Below are positions 56,349 to 64,000 of a DNA stretch of 64,000 nt, piece after piece. Origin of the DNA: Candidatus Calescibacterium sp. (lineage in GTDB: Bacteria; Calescibacteriota; Calescibacteriia; Calescibacteriales; Calescibacteriaceae); assembly GCA_032249135.1 (NCBI GenBank), contig JAVVGL010000001.1:34256-98255 (forward strand), read 5' to 3'. Under the pieces are notes generated by a model. That model did not search any database. It had not been told where the DNA came from and was given only the letters and a program-made list of their open reading frames with translations. Numbering within the stretch: position 1 is the stretch's first letter; every line of letters begins with the position of its first letter. A program made the position numbers and the translations under genes.

Positions 56349-57506
56349 ATGGAAAAGCTTTTTTCTTCTGAATCTGTCACAGAGGGTCATCCGGATAAGC
56401 TCTGCGACAAAATAGCAGATGCAATATTAGATGAGTATATAAGGCAAGATAAATTTGCAAAGGTTGCTTGCGAAGTTCTCGCAAGCGGAAATATGATAGT
56501 TATAACCGGAGAATTCTTTTCTCACTCAGGTGTAAAAGTTGATGTAGAAGAAATAGCACGAAGAGTAATAAAAGATATAGGATACGAAGATGAAAAGAAC
56601 GCAATAGATTGGAGAACATGCAAAATCATACCATATATAAAAGTTCAATCAGAAGACATAAGACAAGGAGTTGAAAGAGAAACAGGAGAAATAGGAGCAG
56701 GAGATCAAGGAATAATGTTTGGATACGCAGTTGATGAAACGCCAGAACTTATGCCTCTTTCTATATCTTTGGCGCACAAAATAGTAAAAAAACTTGCAGA
56801 GAAAAGAAAATCAGGTGAAGCTCCGTTTTTGAGACCAGATGGAAAAAGTCAAGTCACAATAGAATATAAAGATGGAAAACCAAAAAGAATTCACACTGTC
56901 GTTGTATCAACACAACACTCCGAAGATATTGATACGAAAACTCTGAGGGAGTATGTAATTGAAGAAATAGTAAAAAAAGTTATCCCACCTGAACTTATGA
57001 AGCCAGAGCCGAACTATTTTGTAAATCCAACCGGAAGATTTGTAAAAGGCGGACCACTTGCGGATGCAGGTCTTACGGGAAGAAAAACAATAGTAGATAC
57101 CTACGGTGGACACGCAAGACATGGCGGAGGAGCCTTCTCCGGCAAAGACCCAACAAAAGTAGATAGATCTGCAAATTATATGGCTCGCAAAATTGCAAAA
57201 ACCATAGTCGCCTCAGGTATAGCTAAAAAGTGTGAAGTAGCTCTTGCTTATGTGATAGGACAACCTGAACCGATCCATATCACTATTGAAACTTTCGGAA
57301 CATCAAAGGTACCAGAAGATAAAATAGCAAAGGCTGTAAGAGAACTTTTCAGGCTTTCAGTCAAAGATATAATAGAATTTCTTGATCTCAGAAGACCAAT
57401 ATATGAAAAAACCGCAACATACGGACATTTTGGAAGAGAAGACGAAGATTTCACATGGGAAAAAGTTGAGGGGAATCATGTTGAAATTCTCAGAGGTTTG
57501 ATGTGA
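56349..57506 (+). CDS. metK: S-adenosylmethionine synthetase
   Basis: FSSESVTEGHPDKLCDKIADAILD, GAGDQGIMFGYA and GGGAFSGKDPTKVDRSA. Confidence 0.96.
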   Translation: MEKLFSSESVTEGHPDKLCDKIADAILDEYIRQDKFAKVACEVLASGNMIVITGEFFSHSGVKVDVEEIARRVIKDIGYEDEKNAIDWRTCKIIPYIKVQSEDIRQGVERETGEIGAGDQGIMFGYAVDETPELMPLSISLAHKIVKKLAEKRKSGEAPFLRPDGKSQVTIEYKDGKPKRIHTVVVSTQHSEDIDTKTLREYVIEEIVKKVIPPELMKPEPNYFVNPTGRFVKGGPLADAGLTGRKTIVDTYGGHARHGGGAFSGKDPTKVDRSANYMARKIAKTIVASGIAKKCEVALAYVIGQPEPIHITIETFGTSKVPEDKIAKAVRELFRLSVKDIIEFLDLRRPIYEKTATYGHFGREDEDFTWEKVEGNHVEILRGLM

Positions 57507-57601
57507 GAACGGAAGGAATAGTTCCTAACCTACGCAATTTTTGCAGAATTATCTTTTCAGAATATTTTTCAAGATTTCAAAATTTTTACAAAGAATTTTG
57601 A

Positions 57602-58498
57602 ATGAAAATTTTTGATAGTAAAGTGGAATTAAACTGCTATATGCCTATGTGTAAAATATATTCAGTAACGGTAGCGTTAATGATCGGATTTTTGTTGATT
57701 GCAAGTTGCAAACTTAGTGGAGATCCCGAGATAATAAACTCCACCGCGGTCAATGAGGGAAAAGATTTGAAAATAGAATGGAAAAAAGTGCAAAACGCAG
57801 AAGGTTATAAGCTATACTGTGACGGAGCAGAAATAGGTAATATAAAAGAAACTTCATAAATCATACCAGGTCCATGGTATTACTGTAATTTTTTCGGTTG
57901 CAGAAAAGGTGGATTCACCTGCAAGACCGTAGAAGTTTTAGCTTACTCATCTTTGGGGGGAGATAAGCGAACAGCATCGCTAAATTTAACTCCAAAGTTT
58001 GTACGCATAGATGGTCTGGTTTCTCATGACACTGAGGGAAACTCTTGGGTCAAAATTGATTTTTTAACTGGTGAGATAAAAGCAGTTCCAGAATACGAGG
58101 CAAATCCAAACATCCCGAATACAGCTTGGTTTGTCTTTTATAATAATTCCGGAAATCCGGAGTTTAGAGATGCAGAAGAAGTTGGAAAAGTAGCGAATGT
58201 GAGAGTAAAATTCAGTGATAAGTTCAACGAAAATACCGTTCCCAATCTCGCTCCTGACCCGGAAAGTTATAGCACAAAAATCACAGTTCCATCAACAGGC
58301 AAAATTTACTTTTGGATAGACAGTAAAGGAACAGGTTATGTTAGCGTAGATTCAAGCGACTACTTTGGCGCTATATTAGTCAAAAGTCTCATAGAGGGCA
58401 ATACCCCTGAGATTTACCGAGGAGAAGGTCCCTACAAAATTGACCTTGAAATACTCCTTCAGGATAAGGTTAAGGGATTAAGATGGGTAAAGTGGTAG
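57602..58498 (+). pseudogene. Putative lipoprotein with FN3-like module, interrupted by one in-frame TAA (57857..57859)
   Basis: ORFs 57602..57859 and 57953..58498 are in the same frame, and the frame is open across the gap: ...GYKLYCDGAEIGNIKETS*IIPGPWYYCNFFGCRKGGFTCKTVEVLAYSSLGGDK... Lipobox LLIASC. Confidence 0.6.
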
Positions 58499-58511
58499 TT
58501 TTACCAATTTT

Positions 58512-60062
58512 CTAATCTTTAATTCCGAGTTTTTGTTTAGTATATGGAGGCGGAAATCTATTTCCCCATTTTTCTATATTTTCCCACAAGTTTGAAATTT
58601 GAAGGAGCAAATCCTCTCTTCCGAAAGGAGCAATAATTTGTATTCCAGATGGAATTTCTGCTTTTTCATCTAACCATATAGGTAAGGAAATAGCAGGAAC
58701 ACCGGTTATGTTTGCATATTGAGTGAATGGAGTTCTCTGAAAATTTTTTATTTCAAGCTGTCTTAAAATATTGCGGAAAACTTTTACTTTATCCATAAGT
58801 TTAAAAAGCCCAAGTCTTACTGAAATTCTCAAAAATTCTTCTTGAATTTTTGGAGGTTTTAGTTCTCCTATTTTTGCAGGTAAAAATGCACAAGTTGGTG
58901 TCAGAAAAACGTCATACTTTTCAAAAAATAAGTTGAGCTTGTATATAAGCTCATATCTTTTCCATGTTGAAAGAATATAATCACCCGATGACCTTAATTC
59001 CCCCAACGCAAAAAGAGAAAGAGTCGTAGCTTCAACTTCCGAAAAAACTCTTTTTCCGTATTTTTCTTTAAGCTCTTTCACAAGAGCATTTGCCTCACCA
59101 TAATACATAGAAAGGAAAACATGGAAAATATCCCATCCCCATCCCTCAGGTTCTTTTTCTTCAACATACCAGCCTATTTTTTCAAATTCTCTTGCAGCTT
59201 TCAAAACTGCATCTTTATAGAATTTGTCAACAGGAGTATCTATGGGAGATCTTGTTGTAAAGGCAACTTTCAACTTTTTTGGCTCCCTTCTATAAACCTC
59301 AGAGTATTTTTCCTTTGGAAGTTCAATTTTGAAAGGAGATGTTAAAGAATATCCACTAACAACATCCAAAAGAAAAGCTACATCTTGCGTAGTTCTTGCA
59401 AAGAAAAAATTTACTCCAAATCCTTGCCATATCTCACCTCGGGGAGGACCTGCCGGAGTTCTTCCGCGTGAGGGTTTCAAACCTATTAAACCTGTATAGC
59501 ATGCTGGAATTCTTATAGAACCTCCTCCATCACTTCCTGACGCAACCGGAACCATGCAACTTGCAACAGCAGAAGCAGAACCACCAGATGATCCACCCGG
59601 AGTAAGTTCCAAGTTCCAAGGATTCCTTGTCGGACCAAAAAGATCGGGTTCGGTATATCCTAAAAATCCAAATTCAGATGTGTTAGTTTTTCCAAAAATT
59701 AATCCACCGTGTTTTCTTATTCTTGATACAAACTCACTTTCATAATCTGGTATAAAATCTTTGAGAATTTTTGATCCATCAGTTGATCTGACACCCGGAT
59801 AATGTTGTCTGAGGTCTTTTAAAAGCAGGGGAACACTATAGATTTTTCCATTTTCTTTTACTTCTGGTTTTTCTAAATTTTTCAAATCATCTTTGGCTTT
59901 TTCCTCCATCCATATGACTATTGCGTTAAGGTCAGAATTTAGTTCGTGCGAAACTTGGATTGCCGTCTCAAGAATTTCAGAAGGTCTAACTTCTCCTCTC
60001 TTTATCAGATCTACAATCTGTGTAGCCGAAAGTTTTATATACTCCTCTTTCTTGATCATCAA
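58512..60062 (-). CDS. Amidase-signature family amidase
   Basis: PLLLKD (catalytic Lys region) and GGSSGGSASAVASCMVPVASGSDGGGSIRIPA signature. 516 aa. Confidence 0.87.
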   Translation of the reverse strand: MMIKKEEYIKLSATQIVDLIKRGEVRPSEILETAIQVSHELNSDLNAIVIWMEEKAKDDLKNLEKPEVKENGKIYSVPLLLKDLRQHYPGVRSTDGSKILKDFIPDYESEFVSRIRKHGGLIFGKTNTSEFGFLGYTEPDLFGPTRNPWNLELTPGGSSGGSASAVASCMVPVASGSDGGGSIRIPACYTGLIGLKPSRGRTPAGPPRGEIWQGFGVNFFFARTTQDVAFLLDVVSGYSLTSPFKIELPKEKYSEVYRREPKKLKVAFTTRSPIDTPVDKFYKDAVLKAAREFEKIGWYVEEKEPEGWGWDIFHVFLSMYYGEANALVKELKEKYGKRVFSEVEATTLSLFALGELRSSGDYILSTWKRYELIYKLNLFFEKYDVFLTPTCAFLPAKIGELKPPKIQEEFLRISVRLGLFKLMDKVKVFRNILRQLEIKNFQRTPFTQYANITGVPAISLPIWLDEKAEIPSGIQIIAPFGREDLLLQISNLWENIEKWGNRFPPPYTKQKLGIKD

Positions 60063-60101
60063 ATTAAATTTTATTCTTTTTTGTGAGAAAGAAAAAAGAT
60101 T

Positions 60102-60665
60102 TTAGATGTTGAAGATATGAAAGAAAGCGAAAAAGAAAATAGTTATGTATATGGCAAATATAATGTCAAGTATTAACCCAGCTTTTATCATGTCTTTTAA
60201 TTTGATATATCCTGTGCCATAGACGATAGCATTAGGCGGAGCAGCAATTGGAAGCATAAAAGCCATAGAGACAGCAACAACAACAGGTATAAAAACATTT
60301 TGAGGTAAAATCCCAGATTTTGAGCAAACTGAAATCAAGATCGGAACAAACATTGAAGCAGCCGCCGTATTTGATGAAATAATCTATTTCAAGAACAGCC
60401 GCTTTAGCGTAATTTCTCCCCACTTTTGCATCGCCCCAGCTATTAAGAAACCTGCAATGAAGAGAAAAATAACAGGGTTCGCATATGCAAATACAACCTT
60501 CATACTATGAGCAAGTTTCAAGACATCTTGAGTTTCCTCCGAGACAGAAAGTTTCAGCTTTGCGTATTCAACAAAAGTTTCGCTCGGTGGCAGAACTAAA
60601 ATCAAGATAAATAAAGATAAACCTGCAAAAAGTCCGAAATTACCCTTGATTTTCTCAAATCTCAA
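60102..60665 (-). pseudogene. Remnant of a DASS/SLC13-type anion:sodium symporter with a large internal deletion and TAG at the junction
   Basis: The N-terminal piece ends ...FLFIAGFLIAGAMQKWGEITLKRLFLK. An in-frame TAG follows (60384..60386). Then IISSNTAAASMFVPIL...MLPIAAPPNAIVYGTGYIKLKDMIKAGL, which are C-terminal SNT and PPN motifs. About 187 codons remain, where full-length members are, to my knowledge, well over 400 aa. Confidence 0.7.
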
Positions 60666-60680
60666 TTTTTTTCCATTCTT

Positions 60681-60956
60681 CTATTTTTTTGCTTCTTGCT
60701 TTTCAGCTTGTTTTTCTTCTTTTTTCTCTTCTGCTTCTCTTTTTTCTTTTCTTCTCTTTTCCTTTTCTTCTCTTATTTCCTGTGCTGATTTTATAAGTTT
60801 TAGCCCTCTATAATATCCACATTCTAGACAAACTTTATGAGGCTCTTTCAGAGCCCCGCACTGGGGACAAACTTCAAGGTTCGGAGGTATAACTTTAAGA
60901 TGAGCCCGCGTCCTCTTTGCTCTCATTCTACTCCTTTTTGATTTTGGAACACCCAT
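60681..60956 (-). CDS. rpmF: 50S ribosomal protein L32 with Lys/Glu-rich C-terminal extension
   Basis: MGVPKSKRSRMRAKRTRAH and the zinc ribbon CPQCG...CLECGYY, followed by the tail EEKEKRRKEKREAEEKKEEKQAEKQEAKK. Confidence 0.9.
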   Translation of the reverse strand: MGVPKSKRSRMRAKRTRAHLKVIPPNLEVCPQCGALKEPHKVCLECGYYRGLKLIKSAQEIREEKEKRRKEKREAEEKKEEKQAEKQEAKK

Positions 60957-61044
60957 TTCAGTCTCTTTTAGCTATTTTTGAATTAGGTTTCAAAAAAACA
61001 GGAAATTTCTTTTTGATATTCTATCCTCAAAAAATTATTATTTT

Positions 61045-61626
61045 ATGGTTGGAGTACAGAGCTTGAAGGTTTCCCCACAAATTAAATTCCATGCAGCTTT
61101 TAAAGAATGGAACTCAGTAATTGAAGCTCTTGGCTCAGGAGAACAAATAATTATTTTGAGAAAAGGAGGAATAATTGAAGATGAAGGAGATTTCGTTCCT
61201 AAAGAAAAATTTTTCTTTCTATTTCCAACAAAAACACATGAGAAACCAGAGCTACTCAAAAAAACTTTTCCCCAAGATAATCTTGGAGAAAACGAAATAA
61301 AAATAAAGTACTGGGCAGAGGTTGTTCTTGCGAAAAAAATCAAAAACAAAGAAATACTAAAAAAAATAGATGATTTCCATATATGGAAATATGAGGTTGT
61401 AGAGGAAAGATTTCACAGGTGGCAGAACGATGAAGTTTGGGCACTCGTTGTAAGAGTATTCAAATTAAAAAACCCTGTCATAATTAATAATCATCCAGAT
61501 TACGCAGGATGCAAATCTTGGATAGAAATAAAAGACGAAATAGACATAACACAATCCGAACCTGTGCTTTCAGATGAAGAATTTGAAAAAAAATTCAAAA
61601 TGGTAAAGGAAATACTTGAAGAATAA
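61045..61626 (+). CDS. DUF1802 family protein
   Basis: AFKEWNSVIEALGSGEQIIILRKGGIIE...FFFLFPTKTHEK matches my memory of the DUF1802 N-terminal consensus (a.KEW......L..G.Q.lLlRKGGI.E ... F.LfPT..H). Confidence 0.65.
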   Translation: MVGVQSLKVSPQIKFHAAFKEWNSVIEALGSGEQIIILRKGGIIEDEGDFVPKEKFFFLFPTKTHEKPELLKKTFPQDNLGENEIKIKYWAEVVLAKKIKNKEILKKIDDFHIWKYEVVEERFHRWQNDEVWALVVRVFKLKNPVIINNHPDYAGCKSWIEIKDEIDITQSEPVLSDEEFEKKFKMVKEILEE

Positions 61627-61710
61627 GTTTTATAAAGAATAACTTTCACGGAAGAAGGATAAGCTTTATGATATTGACATCATACTTATCTTAATCATCT
61701 CCAACTTATT

Positions 61711-63375
61711 TCACTTTTCCAAAATTTCTGTACGCTGGTAAATTGAAAAGAACGAACAGGCGGGTATTGATGGTTTTCCTTCTTCGTCTCTTTCATAACA
61801 ACCACATGTTGGATGAAATTCGCAGGGTGTCCAAGCAGATTCAGAGCACAAACAAGGTTTATAAACGAAAATAAGAGAAGTATTCAAGTACTCTCTCTCC
61901 AAGATAATAAAGTCCCAATCTGTGTAAGGGGGAGCAGGAAATTTTTCCTCCCACCTATAATAGTCAATCACCTCCCCCTTAGAAGGTTCAATATGAATAT
62001 ATAATTTCCCATCTTCATAATAAATTTTTATTACAAAGTAATGATCCCCCCCATAATACCACCTTTCGTTATACAAGCCTATGGCAAGTATAAACTTTTT
62101 TGAAAAATCAACTTTTATCTCACTTCCAGAAAAACATATTAGCTGATCCTCCGATGTTACTTTGTAATAAAGAATTGTAACTCGGGTCGGATAAATAGTA
62201 TCCCTGAACTCCGGAGTTTTACATTTTGCAGTTCCTAAGCCTACCTCTATTATCTTCTTCCCGTCGCCAGTATAGTATTCTCTTTCTCCGTATGTAGAGC
62301 ATGGGGTTTCGTAAGTATAAATGTATGTGGATGAGAATTGAAAATTGGTTGGTCTAAGGCAACGAATAAGAAATTCTCCCCGTTCTTTAGCAATAGAGTT
62401 ATTAATAGGATCAGTAGAGTCAAACCCCCACAAATAGTCAAACTCACTCCATTCATCAATAATTCCATCCTCATCATTATCAATTCCATCACAGCCAGGA
62501 AATGTTAAAGGGCAAACATATTCTACTTGTATTTTCCCACTGTCATCAACTTTGCCATCGCAATCATTATCTATTCCATCTTGTAAATCAAAAACCTCCG
62601 GATTTTTTTTAGAATCTTCATCATCACAATCCCCTGAAAGAGTTGTAATACCAGTAGGAAATTTAAATTCGGAAAATTTAAAATAACACATTAAACCCAT
62701 CTCTGAAATACCATATCCATCTCCGTCGCTGTCCCGATAAACCTTAGGACAACTTAAACAAACTATGTTTGAAAATTCAGAATCTCCTCCTTTACCATAA
62801 GCTAAAACGCCGTAGCAATGTTCCTTCCCTTCCTTTTCTTCAATCTCAAAAGATGTAACAGAAGAGGGGGCAAGTCCTATTGCAACAAACTTATCTTGAA
62901 TTTTTTTTAAAATCTTGAAACCAATTCCTTCGCCTCCATTCCCATGCCATATTATTTTTATTTTGTTCCCATCAAAGATGTGAATTTGTAAATAAGGAGA
63001 AGGTGGAGGTGATATTTTTTTATTTTCTTTGGGAATTTTAACACAAGCTTCACCTAAACTTATCTCCTGACCGGCTGATTTTGCTTTCACTTCCCAACAA
63101 TATCTTTTCCCAGGTTCCACACCACCGTCAGGATAGAAAGTAATTGAAGACGGAAACAAAGCAAGAAGTTCTTTTGAGTTATCTATTACCCTTGAGACCT
63201 CGTATGAATCTACTTTCTCTTTTCCTTCCCATTTGACAAAAACAAGTTTTGATGATATAACTTCTAATTCTATTAGGTTCTGAATCGTTTTATCTTCACA
63301 TAAAAGTAGGAGGAAGGAAAGAGAAAAAATAAAAAAGATTTTTTTCATTCTTGTTTTTTTCAACATCATAGACAA
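61711..63375 (-). CDS. Putative lipoprotein with two FN3-like modules and Asp/Cys-rich MopE-type metal-binding repeats
   Basis: Signal peptide with lipobox (SFLLLLCED). FN3-like KLVFVKWEG...YEV...YCWEVKA and IKIIWHGNG...FEIEE...CYGVLA. DSDGDGYG, GDCDDEDSKKNPEVFDLQDGIDNDCDGKVDD and CDGIDNDEDGIIDE. Confidence 0.6.
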   Translation of the reverse strand: MSMMLKKTRMKKIFFIFSLSFLLLLCEDKTIQNLIELEVISSKLVFVKWEGKEKVDSYEVSRVIDNSKELLALFPSSITFYPDGGVEPGKRYCWEVKAKSAGQEISLGEACVKIPKENKKISPPPSPYLQIHIFDGNKIKIIWHGNGGEGIGFKILKKIQDKFVAIGLAPSSVTSFEIEEKEGKEHCYGVLAYGKGGDSEFSNIVCLSCPKVYRDSDGDGYGISEMGLMCYFKFSEFKFPTGITTLSGDCDDEDSKKNPEVFDLQDGIDNDCDGKVDDSGKIQVEYVCPLTFPGCDGIDNDEDGIIDEWSEFDYLWGFDSTDPINNSIAKERGEFLIRCLRPTNFQFSSTYIYTYETPCSTYGEREYYTGDGKKIIEVGLGTAKCKTPEFRDTIYPTRVTILYYKVTSEDQLICFSGSEIKVDFSKKFILAIGLYNERWYYGGDHYFVIKIYYEDGKLYIHIEPSKGEVIDYYRWEEKFPAPPYTDWDFIILEREYLNTSLIFVYKPCLCSESAWTPCEFHPTCGCYERDEEGKPSIPACSFFSIYQRTEILEK

Positions 63376-63575
63376 TATAAATCCTGTAATCTAAGATCTG
63401 AACTTCTCAATACTTATATTTTAAATCATCATCTAACTTTAATTGTTGGTGAATTAACTTCTTTACGTTTGCCAATTGAGAAATTAAAGCTCTTATCAGC
63501 TTGCGGGTTAGATTTTGCTATCTGAATATAATTATTTTTTACATTGTTTTGTATTGGTATGTTAAAAACAGACTG

Positions 63576-64000
63576 TCAAATTTTTTTACCCTTTTCTAAA
63601 ATCAAAACCCCATCTTTTTCGGCTCCTTTCTCCTTCAACATAACCTCTACAATCTCGTCATCACTTACTTTCAGATGCGCAGAAAAAAAGTCAGGATGAA
63701 TAGGCAATTCCCTCCCTACCCTATTTATCAAAGTAAATAACCTTACCTCCTTTGGTCTCCCAAACTCAAAAATTTCAGATAAAGCTGCTCTTACAGTTCT
63801 ACCCGTATATATAACATCATCAATAAGATATATTTTCGCATCATCAACAGGAAAATTCATTTCGGTTCCCTTAACTATTGGATGAGGATTTCGTGTGAGG
63901 TCATCTCTCCAAAATGTTATATCAATTGAACCAAAGAAAAAATTTATATTTTTTTGCTGAGTTTCAGATTTCAATCTCTCATAAATTCTTTTAGCTAAGA
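63576..64000 (-). CDS. pyrR: Bifunctional pyrimidine operon regulator / uracil phosphoribosyltransferase PyrR, 5' end beyond window
   Basis: FWRDDL, IYLIDDVIYTGRTVRAAL (PRPP loop) and RELPIHPDF. The frame stays open upstream of the listed start to base 64000 (...LAKRIYERLKSETQQ). Confidence 0.87.
   Translation of the reverse strand, partial: LAKRIYERLKSETQQKNINFFFGSIDITFWRDDLTRNPHPIVKGTEMNFPVDDAKIYLIDDVIYTGRTVRAALSEIFEFGRPKEVRLFTLINRVGRELPIHPDFFSAHLKVSDDEIVEVMLKEKGAEKDGVLILEKGKKI

Noticed and set aside
57857-60386. Alternative genetic code or stop-codon reassignment, suggested by the in-frame TAA (57857) and TAG (60384)
   Set aside because: All three stops terminate conserved full-length genes at normal lengths: TAA for gap, TGA for metK and TAG for purF. 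The two in-frame stops are therefore best read as lesions.
60232-60423. 63-aa ORF crossing the DASS deletion junction in another frame
   Set aside because: Out of frame with both homologous transporter pieces. Cys-rich nonsense translation.

Overview
Visibly AT-rich bacterial chromosomal window (GC looks like about one third; not computed). It is densely coding: about 65 protein genes, one tRNA-Thr(UGU), no rRNA and no CRISPR array. All calls come from reading the supplied ORF translations and the DNA by eye; no alignments or database searches were run.

Housekeeping genes sit in unusually scrambled contexts: yidC, a class II fumarase/aspartase-family lyase, murB, gap, trpF, pgeF, purF, secY, rplF-rplR-rpsE, map, parB, metK, rpmF and pyrR.

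They are interleaved with accessory blocks:
- An HEPN/nucleotidyltransferase toxin-antitoxin-like pair (9.2-9.9 kb).
- Two paralogous radical-SAM/SPASM enzymes separated by a multiply disrupted HepT (DUF86) toxin pseudogene (18.6-21.6 kb).
- A surface-glycan/aminosugar tailoring block (29.7-37 kb) with a DegT aminotransferase, a TylM1-like methyltransferase, two further methyltransferases, a cupin and glycosyltransferases.
- A four-gene cassette of short ACAD, ADC-fold protein, ACAD and MmgE/PrpD protein, pathway unknown (37.1-41.8 kb).
- An operon-like string of epsilon-like protein, dGTPase-like HD protein, CstA, EamA and MTH1187 (42.2-47.0 kb).

Main leads:
1. Two outward-facing 290-aa Rpn/PD-(D/E)XK putative-transposase paralogs, plus a 72-bp remnant of a third copy, bracket a 19-kb segment. 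One breakpoint abuts a truncated spc ribosomal-protein operon.
2. The ACAD/ADC/PrpD cassette lies next to the aminosugar genes.
3. The spc operon is interrupted by a cNMP-binding/FliG_C-like fusion gene.
4. The twin rSAM/SPASM genes have no visible substrate gene.
5. Gene lesions are frequent: homopolymer frameshifts, an in-frame TAA, a 16-bp tandem duplication and a large internal deletion.
6. The cold-shock gene has a long leader with mutually exclusive pairings.

Nothing here proves a new system; the leads are ranked by how much the sequence itself supports them.
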